From assembly GCA_963668175.1 (NCBI GenBank), contig OY764159.1:3232001-3296000 (forward strand): DNA of 64,000 bases, in the 5' to 3' direction. The notes beneath the pieces were generated by a model. It was not told where the DNA came from, ran no database searches, and saw only the letters and a list, made by a program, of their open reading frames with translations. Position 1 is the stretch's first letter, and the number at the start of each line of letters is the position of its first letter. The position numbers and the translations under genes are program-made. This stretch comes from Syntrophales bacterium. Lineage in GTDB: Bacteria; Desulfobacterota; Syntrophia; Syntrophales; PHBD01. Of this stretch, positions 19,324-28,724 are shown in pieces.

Positions 19324-19917
19324 ATGAAGAGAATCGCGTTAACCCTCATGATGGTCCTGCTTCTGCAGGCATCCGCTGACGCCGGAGAGGAGGCGGCTGT
19401 GAAAGATACCTTGTCGGTTATTCACGCGAGAAAAAGCGTCAGGAGCTTCACGGGAGCCGCGGTCGCGAAGAGCGATCTCGAGCGGATCGTCAAAGCCGGG
19501 ATGGCCGCGCCGACGGCCGTGGATAAGCGGCCCTGGTCGTTCGTGGTCGTCACGGAGAGAAAGAAGCTCGACGACCTCGCCGCCGGGCTCCCTTACGCCA
19601 AGATGCTCACCCGCGCCGGGGCGGCCATCGTCGTCTGCACCGAGCCTGCCAAGGCCTTCGAAGGCAGCAGGGATTTCGCGATTATCGATGCGTCGCTCGC
19701 CGGAGAAAACATCCTGCTGGCAATCGAAGCCCTCGGCTTGGGCGGCGTCTGGACGGCCGCCTGCCCTTACGACGACCGGATGAGCCATGTACGGAGCGTT
19801 CTCAATATCCCTGCTCAGGTCATCCCGCTGAACGTGATCGCCGTGGGCGTGCCGACCGGTTCCGAAAAGCCGAAATCCAAATACCAGCCGGAGAGGGTTC
19901 ACTGGGAGACATGGTGA
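19324..19917 (+). CDS. Nitroreductase family protein with apparent signal peptide
   Basis: RKSVRSF, AAPTAVDKRPWSF, ENILLAIEALGLGGVW; N-terminus MKR + hydrophobic stretch + ADA. Confidence 0.88.
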   Translation: MKRIALTLMMVLLLQASADAGEEAAVKDTLSVIHARKSVRSFTGAAVAKSDLERIVKAGMAAPTAVDKRPWSFVVVTERKKLDDLAAGLPYAKMLTRAGAAIVVCTEPAKAFEGSRDFAIIDASLAGENILLAIEALGLGGVWTAACPYDDRMSHVRSVLNIPAQVIPLNVIAVGVPTGSEKPKSKYQPERVHWETW

Positions 19918-20005
19918 AGCCTTTATAATTCATGATCGACACCGATCCATGCATATCCATGCATTTAAGGGTGAGGCGCGATAAGACAGGTCAAGGCCCG
20001 TGAAG

Positions 20006-20049
20006 CACGAACCGGAAGAAATCGCCCGTGCGATTTCTTCCGGTTTGTG
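20006..20049. terminator. Long (20 bp) hairpin, probable terminator downstream of dapA-nitroreductase
   Basis: CACGAACCGGAAGAAATCGC-ccgt-GCGATTTCTTCCGGTTTGTG. Confidence 0.6.
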
Positions 20050-20158
20050 ATATACAGAAACAACATCGTTGGAGACAGGCTTGGCGTCTCGTATTGCGGG
20101 AATGAAGGCCCGATGTCTGCGGGCGTCGCAGGTCAAACCTTATCAAGAGGAGCAAACC

Positions 20159-20413
20159 ATGACCCGTAGCGATGTTTTTATGAAAATCCTGGCGGAGATC
20201 GTCACGGAGCATAAAGCAGAAGTGAAGGAGCTTCTTGACACGTTCCAAGAAACCATGCCGGGCATTGACAGGCTTGACCGGGACTTGGCGCCGGAAGAAG
20301 CGGATCAGCTTTTTGCCGATCTCCAAAAGAATAAGGACAATATCCGCATCTGGCTTTTGCAGGGGCGCAACAAGTTCATCGCGCAGGCGAAGAAATCCCG
20401 CAAATCGGCCTGA
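20159..20413 (+). CDS. Small helical hypothetical protein (84 aa)
   Basis: GAGGAG RBS before ATG 20159; amphipathic helical sequence. Confidence 0.65.
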   Translation: MTRSDVFMKILAEIVTEHKAEVKELLDTFQETMPGIDRLDRDLAPEEADQLFADLQKNKDNIRIWLLQGRNKFIAQAKKSRKSA

Positions 20414-20483
20414 AGCCAACACCCCCGAGTGGATCCGGCATTAGACATACCGTGACACTCTTTGCTTTTTTAAAGACCGGCTT

Positions 20484-21362
20484 ATGAAAAATATCTTCTC
20501 CGTCTGTTGCAGTGCAGGCCTGAGCGCCATGCGTCGCCGCCTGTTGTCTTTCACCGTCACGATGCCCCGTATCCCGGCAGGAACAGTGCTTCTGGGCACC
20601 CTCTTCTGGTTTGCATTTATACCGGCTGCGTATGCCGCCCATCCGCTTATCACGGACGATGCGGGCACCCAGGGCCGGGGAAAATTCCAGTTCGAGCTCG
20701 ACAACCAGATCAGCTACAAGAAGGATAACCGGCAGAACGACGACGGGACTTCCTCAACCGTTAAAACCACTGCGGCCGAAATGAAGTTCCTGGCGACTTA
20801 CGGTGTCGTCGACACAGTCGATCTCATTCTCGGCGTTCCCTATCAATGGCAAAGGATCGAAACCGACGGGGCGGGCGTTTCCAAGGCCGACGGCCTGGCC
20901 GACATTTCTTTCGAGGTCAAGTGGCGCTTTTTCGAAAAGAACGGATGGAGCATGGCCGTCAAGCCCGGCTTGACGCTGCCGGCAGGCGACAAGGACAAGG
21001 GACTGGGTACGGGGAGGACGGGAATCACTTTTTTCTTCATCACGACGAAGGAATGGGAACCTCTCGCCTTTCATCTCAACCTCGGATACAAAAGAAACGA
21101 GAACAATGTGGATCAGCGGTACGACATCTGGCATGCGTCCCTTGCCGCCGAATGGAAGCTCCGTAAAAATCTGCGGCTGGTGGCGAATGCTGGCATGGAA
21201 AGGAACACCGACAGGGCGTCCAGCATCGATACCTCTTTCATTCTCGGAGGCATCGTCTATTCCCTGACGGACAGCCTCGACCTCGACCTCGGCATCAAGG
21301 GCGGCCTCACTCCCGTCGACCCGGATTATGCTTGTCTTGCCGGGGTCACCTACCGGTTCTGA
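20484..21362 (+). CDS. Outer-membrane beta-barrel ('transporter'/MetA-pathway-like family)
   Basis: Signal peptide ending AYA, mature start AHPLITDDAGTQGRG, GLADISFEVKWRF, terminal GVTYRF. True start may be 20529 or 20562. Confidence 0.8.
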   Translation: MKNIFSVCCSAGLSAMRRRLLSFTVTMPRIPAGTVLLGTLFWFAFIPAAYAAHPLITDDAGTQGRGKFQFELDNQISYKKDNRQNDDGTSSTVKTTAAEMKFLATYGVVDTVDLILGVPYQWQRIETDGAGVSKADGLADISFEVKWRFFEKNGWSMAVKPGLTLPAGDKDKGLGTGRTGITFFFITTKEWEPLAFHLNLGYKRNENNVDQRYDIWHASLAAEWKLRKNLRLVANAGMERNTDRASSIDTSFILGGIVYSLTDSLDLDLGIKGGLTPVDPDYACLAGVTYRF

Positions 21363-21407
21363 TGCGCCGATTAACCCGAGATTACAGCCTGCCTAGGCTT
21401 GCCCATC

Positions 21408-23519
21408 CTACTTAAACTTCAGGTTCATGCTGAGAAACACAATATTGTTGTGGTATGACGGGTCCATATAGGCGCCGGTCAGATAGCCGCCCTGAGTGAC
21501 GGATATATAATAGATATAGCCGTCGTACTGGCTGTCGTTGTAGACGTACTCCTCATAGGCGTAGGTGGCCGAAACGGACAGGACTTTATTCACCTGGTAG
21601 GTCAGTTTCGCCATATAGTTATTCAGCCGGTATGTATCCCGAGCGTAGAGGTCGATGTTGTCCTGATTGCGGCCTGTCGGAAGGGGCACAAGGCCAAGAA
21701 GGTAGGTGTAATCGACCGTTCCGTCGGATTTGACATTGTTATGGGATAGCTTTAGCGTCAGCTTGTCCGGAATAATGGCGATATCCGCACTTATTCCATA
21801 CCCGAACGTATTTTCCGTAGCCGAAGAGGTCCAGTTGAACGACGTGGATGTCGGCGTTGTAGCCGGATCGTTGTTCACCGTGGTTTGGCGCTGGAACTGA
21901 TTCAATACCCGCTGTTCAAAATCGAAATAACCGCTGAGGCGGACGCGCTTGTGGACCAGCCAGTCTATATCGGCATTGAATATTTCGGATTTGCTGTCCG
22001 TCAGCCCCAGGATCGTATCGGTATAACGGGTGTTCCGGTGCCGGTAGCCCAGGTTGAAGCTCAAGTTATCCAGGGGAAAAAATTCGACATCGGTCTTGTA
22101 GGTATTTCTCACCTGCGGGGCCGCATCGAAGCGCCTGACCCAGTATTCGAGGCTCGTCGTCGTTACCCCCGGAACGGCGAACTCGGCGGCCCGGTCGAGG
22201 CGTTCGTAGCCGATTTTTGCCGTCATAAAACTCAAGCCGCTCCATTTCAAACCCACATCGAAGAGATTGTCCCGGTTCTTCGGCAAATCATCGCGGTTCC
22301 GTTCCGTCTTGGTGAACGTATAGGCCGCCGTGAAACGTAAGTGGGCCGGCAGGGCCCAACCGGTTTCCGCCCCGTAAATATTTTTCCGGTAGTCGAAGAG
22401 ATCGTTGGTCTGGATGGTCGTCCCATCGACCGTCCTGATAACATCGGACCTGTTCGTCGTGTTGTAGTATTTGTAGGATAGTTTCGTGTTCAGGAAGGAA
22501 AGGGGATTCGACGTCAGGGCCAAATGGTAATTGTCCGTATCGACCTTGCCGTTGAAATAGGGGCTGCTCACGCTGATGCCGGTGAGTCCCCGGATACCGA
22601 TGTTGGATGCCAGGGCTGTCGTATCTGTCACGTAGCTCGTGGCCAGGCGGGTGGACGAATCGGCCCGCGCCAGCGAAAGATCCGCATTGAATTTGCTCTG
22701 CAGCGGCAGCGCAACGCCGCCCTTGAAATCCAGTTTATAATAGTTATTGTCCGGCGGAAGATAAAGGATATCCGTCGCTGCCGCCGTATTGGCCGTCGCC
22801 GGATTCCTGAAGTCCTGCTCCCCGGAGCCGTTCCGGAACTGACTGAAGGAATAACCCGCCGACAGGAAAAAAGGCTTTTTGACGTATCCCGTTTCCACTC
22901 GGAAGTCGTTCGTCGTGTAATCGATATTTACAGGCAGTTCAACGGCGATGCCCCCGGGGGACGTGCCTGCTATGCCGAGGGGATACGTTCCAAATTTTCT
23001 CTGCTGGTCGAAGGAGACGTCTAAATAAAAAGGATTCAGGTAGTCGAACTTGAGCATGCCTCCCAGGTTTTTTCGCTTCTCCGCATAGTCGAAGGTTCCC
23101 CAGCCGTTGGGGTTCGTGTTCGGAGCCGCTCCTCGATAGGATAGATTGCCCGTCCCTGCGCCTTCATAGAAGGTTCTGGCGTCGTAGGTAAAATTATGGG
23201 GAATCTCGTCATAATTAAGTCTGAACTTGAAGACGTCCCAGCGGCCCAATTCCAGGTCATAGCGCTGTGTGCCGTATCCGACATCCTGAGCATCCAGGGA
23301 GAAGTACTGCTTGGGCGAATCGTACCGGACAGAGCCGCTGCCATAAACACCATCCCTGATATCCCTGTATTCGTTGAATTTCGCGCTCTGATTCTTACTA
23401 TCGGTAATCACGCCCGTCAATGTGACCTCACCGGTCATTTTACCGTCATCCCCTCGGGCCGTACCACAAAGCGCCATCATCGCCAGGGCCGCTACCGTCA
23501 TGATCGTCGTCATCTTCAT
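21408..23519 (-). CDS. mtrB: MtrB/PioB-family decaheme-associated outer-membrane porin
   Basis: 703 aa with signal peptide, AKFNEYRD N-terminal motif, YDEIPH, LPPDN, many amphipathic beta-strands; 12 bp downstream of the decaheme cytochrome. Confidence 0.88.
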   Translation of the reverse strand: MKMTTIMTVAALAMMALCGTARGDDGKMTGEVTLTGVITDSKNQSAKFNEYRDIRDGVYGSGSVRYDSPKQYFSLDAQDVGYGTQRYDLELGRWDVFKFRLNYDEIPHNFTYDARTFYEGAGTGNLSYRGAAPNTNPNGWGTFDYAEKRKNLGGMLKFDYLNPFYLDVSFDQQRKFGTYPLGIAGTSPGGIAVELPVNIDYTTNDFRVETGYVKKPFFLSAGYSFSQFRNGSGEQDFRNPATANTAAATDILYLPPDNNYYKLDFKGGVALPLQSKFNADLSLARADSSTRLATSYVTDTTALASNIGIRGLTGISVSSPYFNGKVDTDNYHLALTSNPLSFLNTKLSYKYYNTTNRSDVIRTVDGTTIQTNDLFDYRKNIYGAETGWALPAHLRFTAAYTFTKTERNRDDLPKNRDNLFDVGLKWSGLSFMTAKIGYERLDRAAEFAVPGVTTTSLEYWVRRFDAAPQVRNTYKTDVEFFPLDNLSFNLGYRHRNTRYTDTILGLTDSKSEIFNADIDWLVHKRVRLSGYFDFEQRVLNQFQRQTTVNNDPATTPTSTSFNWTSSATENTFGYGISADIAIIPDKLTLKLSHNNVKSDGTVDYTYLLGLVPLPTGRNQDNIDLYARDTYRLNNYMAKLTYQVNKVLSVSATYAYEEYVYNDSQYDGYIYYISVTQGGYLTGAYMDPSYHNNIVFLSMNLKFK

Positions 23520-23531
23520 GGGCCATCACTC

Positions 23532-24449
23532 CTATCGGACCAAAACCCGGCCCCTGGTGGAAGGTCCGGAACTACCGTGGACCTCCGAATGGCAGTTCAG
23601 GCAGGAACGGGAGAACATTCGATTGGTTCGAGCGTTGCCTTGAAAAGTGTTGAAGTTCGTATAAATCGTCCCGGGATGCTGCGTGGCGTCATGACAACTT
23701 TGGCAGAGCTGGGGCACCCTGTTGGTCAGAAGTTTCCCGTGATTGCTGCCATGAACGGCATGACAGGTCTGGCAATTTTCAGTCACCGGGGGGTGCTCCC
23801 AGAAGAAAGGCCCCCGCTTCTCGGCGTGGCACTTGTAACATAGATCGTTTACGGCCGATGCCCTGATCATTTTCTGTCCGAATCCGCCGTGCTGCTCGTG
23901 ACAGTCCGTGCATTTGATTTTTCCCTCCCGGATCGGGTGGTGGGACTGTTTGGCGACCTGTCCCCGGATATCTCGATGACAGTTCAGGCAAAGATCGGGC
24001 TGAGGGGTCTTGAGATTCATTCTTTTACCCGAATGGACCGTGTGGCAGTTATCGCAGGAGACCCCGGACGCTTTATGGCGGCTCATGTCCCAGAAGGCCA
24101 GACTGCGGGTCTCACCGTGACATTCCGTACATTTGGCCGTTTTGGCGGCCGGCTCTCCCTGTCTCTTGCTGAAGATGAAGATGTCCATCCCTTTCGCCCC
24201 GCCCTTCTGGATATGGTCTGCGCCATCGCCGTGGCAGGATTCGCAGCCCTCCTTGTTGGCGGGACTCTTGCTTATTCCTTTGTTGGCATGGATGGAATTG
24301 ATGTAGTTGTTGTAACGGTCGAGATGGCAGATTTTGCATGTTTCAGTCCGCCCTCCCGCAACCTTGCCGACCGATTCGCCGGAGGCGATAAGCCAGCCGG
24401 TCAGGATGAAAACAGATAAGAAGACAACAGATGCGGTTCTTCGTCCCAT
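23532..24449 (-). CDS. mtrA: MtrA/DmsE-family decaheme c-type cytochrome
   Basis: Ten CxxCH motifs (CKICH, CESCH, CTECH, CDNCH, CLNCH, CTDCH, CYKCH, CQTCH, CQSCH, CLNCH) plus family signatures SHHPIREG, CHAEKRGPFFWEHPPV and SCLNCHSEVHGS. Confidence 0.95.
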   Translation of the reverse strand: MGRRTASVVFLSVFILTGWLIASGESVGKVAGGRTETCKICHLDRYNNYINSIHANKGISKSPANKEGCESCHGDGADHIQKGGAKGMDIFIFSKRQGEPAAKTAKCTECHGETRSLAFWDMSRHKASGVSCDNCHTVHSGKRMNLKTPQPDLCLNCHRDIRGQVAKQSHHPIREGKIKCTDCHEQHGGFGQKMIRASAVNDLCYKCHAEKRGPFFWEHPPVTENCQTCHAVHGSNHGKLLTNRVPQLCQSCHDATQHPGTIYTNFNTFQGNARTNRMFSRSCLNCHSEVHGSSGPSTRGRVLVR

Positions 24450-24702
24450 CGCCTATTCCTCGTCGTCCAGTGCTGCATGGCGCGCCTGTCCGGATTAGTG
24501 AGGTCTCCCGGCGTCGGGACAGATGAGCGACCCCGGAAAGACGACTAAGTATGCCGGTCCGACACAGATGATACGTTCAAAACGTTAGCGCAGGGTTGAC
24601 AACGACAACGAAACCGTCCGCTTTCAAGACACCGTACAAGGTAGGCAGGATAAAACCTTACCTATGTTTGAAGAGAGGTAATTGCCGTTTTGAATTCGAC
24701 AT

Positions 24703-24742
24703 TACCTTATAATAAGGTACTAATAGGTCCATGAATTGTCAA
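24703..24742 (-). promoter_or_regulatory. Putative sigma70 promoter of mtrAB with overlapping palindromic operator
   Basis: Minus strand TTGACA (24742-24737)-17 bp-TACCTT; perfect palindrome TACCTTAT-a-ATAAGGTA at 24703-24719. Confidence 0.6.
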
Positions 24743-25001
24743 GAGATGTTAAAAAGAAAATCCTTCCGCACCTCTTCAGAGAAATATGCCGACGGCTGGA
24801 CATATCTATATCTTTGATTATATATATTTTCTCATTATTTACGGCAATTACGGCATTCTTAATGCTTGACTGAATCAGACGTTTAGGTCATATTATTAAC
24901 CTACCGTTGCGGCAGCGGGAAATGCCTCCCGTTGCGTCTCATCACCCGTTCGCTTTTCCAAATGGCTGAAACGCCTGTGTCCTTCGGAAAGGAGATTCAA
25001 T

Positions 25002-26078
25002 ATGGTGAAGAGCAAATTCCGTCTTACCGCCCGTATCCTTGTCGTTTCTCTGATCACTTGCGGCTATTTCTTCTCCCAGACATCGGCCTGCAGATCCGAG
25101 TCGGGGAAGGCATACGTTTCTTCTCAGGATGCGTCCACATTGTATGTCTTCGATCTGAACAAGAACCGCCTGGAAAAGAGCATCTCCATCTTCACGCCGG
25201 GTCCGGCCGACACGGCGATTCCCCCCAGTCCCAACGACGTGATCGCCGTCGGTAACCTTATCTTCATGACCGTTCCGGGCCCCGTTCCTCCGGCGCAGGG
25301 GATCGATGAGCTTAAAGTGATCGATTCCCGCTCCGATATCCTGACGGCGACGATAAAGACGGGCAAGACTCCGTCAGGTCTATTCGTCCATGAAGGTCTC
25401 GTCTATGTCGTCAACCGCTACGGCGGCACCATTCAGGTCGTCGATCCCGTTCGGCTGCAAACGGTGCGGAACATACCGTATTCGGCGCCCGCAAAATCCC
25501 CCCTTGAAGGCCCGCTTGGTCTTGCCATCGTCAACGGGAAGATATACCTCCCCTTCCCCGGAGGGCAGGCAGGGCCGGGAATCGTCCAGGTCCTGGACCT
25601 GAAAACCGGCGCTCTGCTGAAATCGGTCGATTTTTCTTCCGTAAGCCCTTACGGACCATTATCCCTGCAGATCGCCGGCAAGGACAAACTGTATCTCGGA
25701 GGCACCAACTGTGCAGCCGTTCTCAACACGACAACGGAAAATATTACCAAAATCATTCCCCTCTCCGGTCATGATATTGCCGTCCAGTCTTTTGCCGTGC
25801 AGAACGGAAAGGTCTACGCGGCAAGCGGCATGAGCGTTGTCACTGTGGTGGACCCGATAACGGATACATCGACTGCCGAGATCGACATAGGGTATCACGC
25901 TTATGCCACCCACCTGAAGGTCGGCATCGCCGCCGGCATGGGCCATATATACGTGGCCGATGCAGGACGAGGTCTGAAGATCATAGACGCGAATACAGAC
26001 ACATTGGCCCTGACAATTCCGACGGCAGCCCCTGTGGGTCCGTTGACGGTCATTCCGGGACAAGCAGGGCCGAAATAG
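25002..26078 (+). CDS. Exported YncE/YVTN-type beta-propeller protein
   Basis: Signal-like N-terminus and repeated blades (KAYVSS...LYVFDL, VYVVNRYGGTIQVVD, KVYAAS...VTVVD, IYVAD...LKIID); AAGGAG RBS. Confidence 0.8.
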   Translation: MVKSKFRLTARILVVSLITCGYFFSQTSACRSESGKAYVSSQDASTLYVFDLNKNRLEKSISIFTPGPADTAIPPSPNDVIAVGNLIFMTVPGPVPPAQGIDELKVIDSRSDILTATIKTGKTPSGLFVHEGLVYVVNRYGGTIQVVDPVRLQTVRNIPYSAPAKSPLEGPLGLAIVNGKIYLPFPGGQAGPGIVQVLDLKTGALLKSVDFSSVSPYGPLSLQIAGKDKLYLGGTNCAAVLNTTTENITKIIPLSGHDIAVQSFAVQNGKVYAASGMSVVTVVDPITDTSTAEIDIGYHAYATHLKVGIAAGMGHIYVADAGRGLKIIDANTDTLALTIPTAAPVGPLTVIPGQAGPK

Positions 26079-26385
26079 GCCCCGGCCGGGGCGAATCGCG
26101 CCGATGCTTTTTCCCGGCTTTCGGTGCGGGCTCTCACGGCATCATGCAAACCGGCGTCTCCGCTTCGGTACCGACCGTAGCGGCGCTTCCGGCCGAATGA
26201 CAACATCTGTTCGCGCCGCCGGCCGTCCGGAAGAACTTACAAACGGCCGCGACGATAAAGATTTTTAAACCGGACTCCTTCCTCTCACCTGTTTTATATG
26301 ATTTGATTTCGACGTGTTGTCCGTGTCGGATTTAATTTATCATGACGGATTTGCCGCATCATACGTAAAATCGAGGAGGCCTATC

Positions 26386-26796
26386 ATGACGCAAGGCACG
26401 ATCAGGATACTCATGGCGAGACTGGGCGACGGACACGAAGATGCCGTAGGAAGACTTTGTGTCGCCTTCCGTGAAGCAGGCTACGAAGTAATCTACGTCC
26501 AAAGCCGGCGACCCGAGGCCATTGTTGCGGCCGCCCTCCAGGAAGCGGTGGACCATATCGGCATCACCACGCTTCCCGGAACGCGAAGCGAGGATATCGC
26601 CCGGATCATGACACTTCTGAAGAAGGAAGATCTGTCCTTCGTCCGGGTCACCGTCGGCGGCTTCCTGGATAACGTAGATATCGACAAAATCAAAGAATCG
26701 GGTGTCGCGGCGTTCTTTCCCAAGGGCACGACCGTATCCGAACTGATTTCCTGGGCAAAGGATAATATCCGACTCACGAACGACTGGTCGGTTTAG
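26386..26796 (+). CDS. Stand-alone cobalamin-binding domain (methylmalonyl-CoA mutase small-subunit-like)
   Basis: RILMARLGDGHEDA (DxHxx variant), FREAGYEVIY, PEAIVAAALQEAVDHIGITTL, VGGF, GVAAFFPKGT; GAGGAGG RBS. Confidence 0.85.
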   Translation: MTQGTIRILMARLGDGHEDAVGRLCVAFREAGYEVIYVQSRRPEAIVAAALQEAVDHIGITTLPGTRSEDIARIMTLLKKEDLSFVRVTVGGFLDNVDIDKIKESGVAAFFPKGTTVSELISWAKDNIRLTNDWSV

Positions 26797-27059
26797 CTTT
26801 AATACTGCGACGACAAGCGTTGCGATGCCGGCGGTCTCTCGCCGGGCACGCCTTTCTTCATCTTCAGACTTCACTGCCTCTGCCCCGCTGTTGGTCGGCA
26901 ACCGGGATTAAAACCGGGTTTCTTACGGGGCAAGTCGTGTAAACCGGCAGCGGCGTCTTGCACTGCGTCGCGGATACATGCCGATGGCTCCGTTTCCTTC
27001 CGAAATTGCAGGCATCATTCTTGCAATCTTTTCCGTAGAACGTAAAATGGGAGGCATCC

Positions 27060-28724
27060 ATGCCGGAGGTATTCCCCCGCATCCTGTTCGTCGACGACGA
27101 ACCTTTCATCCTCTCTTCCCTTATGAGACTCTTCCGCCAGGATGAATACGAGATCCTGACCGCATCCTCGGGAGAGGAGGGTTTGTCGGTCCTTCACAAA
27201 TACGACCCCATTCCGCTTATCATTTCCGATTACCGCATGCCCGGCATGAACGGCGTGGAATTTCTCGAACAGGTCTACCGCGAGAGGCCGGACACCGTGC
27301 GTATCATCCTGTCCCTTTATGCCGATCTCGATTCGGTTCTCGGCGCCATCAATAGGGGCCATGTTTACAGATTCATCGCCAAGCCCTGGGATGCCGTCGA
27401 TCTGAAAATCACGGTGGCGAACGCCGTCAAATTTTACGATCTCAATATCCGGAACAAAGAACTCAGCGCTTCGCTCAAACTTAAAAACGAGGAATTAAGC
27501 CGATTCAACGACCACCTGGAAGAATTGGTCGCGGAGAGAACGCACGATCTCTCTGCGGTGCAGGAAAAACTTATGCAATCGGAAAAGCTGGCAGCCGTCG
27601 GCACGCTCGCAGGCGGTATCGCCCACGATTTCAATAACATGCTTGCTGCCATCATGGGTTACACGGAAATGGCTTCTGTCGAATCCGATCATGAAACGAA
27701 AGAGCAATATCTCCGTCAGGTCCTGATTGCGGCAGACAGGGCCAAAAACCTCGTCAAGCACATACTCACATTCAGCCGGCAGACCAAACACGAGAAGAAA
27801 CCCGTGGATATGAAAATCATTCTCAAAGAATCCCTGGCCTTCATCCGTTCCACTCTTCCCTCTACGATCCAGACCCGTCACACTATCGCGGAAGGCGATT
27901 GCACCATCAACGCGGATCTGACGCAGATTCACCAGATCATTTTGAATCTTCTCACCAATGCGGCTCAGGCCATGGGCGAAAAGGGGGGATTGCTGGACGT
28001 CGCCCTTTCACGGATCATTGTGAATGCATCAGACTTGTCCCGACATCCCCAGTTGCCGTCGGGCTGTTATGCACGGCTGACCGTCACCGATACGGGAATG
28101 GGCATCGATCCGGCGATCAAATCCCGGATTTTCGATCCTTTTTTCACCACGAAGGATATCGGGGAAGGAACCGGTCTCGGTCTCTCCGTGGTTTACGGCA
28201 TCGTTGCCGATCACGGCGGAACCGTCAATGCCTACAGCGAGCCGGGCCAGGGGGCAACCTTCGAGGTCTGTCTGCCCTGTTCGAACCTTCCGGCTGTCAT
28301 TGCCGAAAGCCAGGAAGGTCTGCATTTAGCGGGAGGAAGGGAACGCATTCTCTTCGTGGACGACGACGCTACGCTCTGTACCATGGTCAGGCTCATGTTG
28401 AGATCCCTGGGATACACGGTAACGTCAATATCCAGCAGCACCGAAGCCATGGTGGCGTTTGAAGGCAGCCCGGCAAGCTTCGATCTCGTCATTACCGACA
28501 TGGTCATGCCCAGGACATCGGGCCTCGATCTCGCAAACCGGATCCGTCGCATCCGGCCGGAAATGCCGATATTGCTCTGCGCGGATATAAACAATGATAT
28601 AGACGCGGACGGAATCAGGCATGCGGGCATTGCCGCCGTTATCGAAAAGCCGTATTCAAGAGAGACGCTAGGCCTACTGATCCGCAAGGTTCTTGACCGG
28701 GACGGAGGATTGAAAAGCCTTTGA
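27060..28724 (+). CDS. REC-HisKA-HATPase-REC hybrid histidine kinase
   Basis: N-terminal ILFVDDE...IISDYRMP, GGIAHDFNN, FFTTK/GTGLGL, C-terminal receiver LVITDMVMP. Confidence 0.92.
   Translation: MPEVFPRILFVDDEPFILSSLMRLFRQDEYEILTASSGEEGLSVLHKYDPIPLIISDYRMPGMNGVEFLEQVYRERPDTVRIILSLYADLDSVLGAINRGHVYRFIAKPWDAVDLKITVANAVKFYDLNIRNKELSASLKLKNEELSRFNDHLEELVAERTHDLSAVQEKLMQSEKLAAVGTLAGGIAHDFNNMLAAIMGYTEMASVESDHETKEQYLRQVLIAADRAKNLVKHILTFSRQTKHEKKPVDMKIILKESLAFIRSTLPSTIQTRHTIAEGDCTINADLTQIHQIILNLLTNAAQAMGEKGGLLDVALSRIIVNASDLSRHPQLPSGCYARLTVTDTGMGIDPAIKSRIFDPFFTTKDIGEGTGLGLSVVYGIVADHGGTVNAYSEPGQGATFEVCLPCSNLPAVIAESQEGLHLAGGRERILFVDDDATLCTMVRLMLRSLGYTVTSISSSTEAMVAFEGSPASFDLVITDMVMPRTSGLDLANRIRRIRPEMPILLCADINNDIDADGIRHAGIAAVIEKPYSRETLGLLIRKVLDRDGGLKSL

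Noticed and set aside
24405..24449. Twin-arginine signal on MtrA (MGRRTAS)
   Set aside because: Lacks the RRxFLK consensus, and c-type cytochromes are normally Sec-exported.
24450..24700. c-di-GMP-I/cGAMP (GEMM) riboswitch in the mtrA leader
   Set aside because: Looked for GG(C/T)AAAC...GNRA...GACG(C/G)AAAGC on the minus strand and did not find it.
24900..25000. Cobalamin riboswitch upstream of the beta-propeller
   Set aside because: Only a simple hairpin (GCAGCGGGA/TCCCGTTGC); no GGGAA..GGTG, GCCACTG or B12-box elements.
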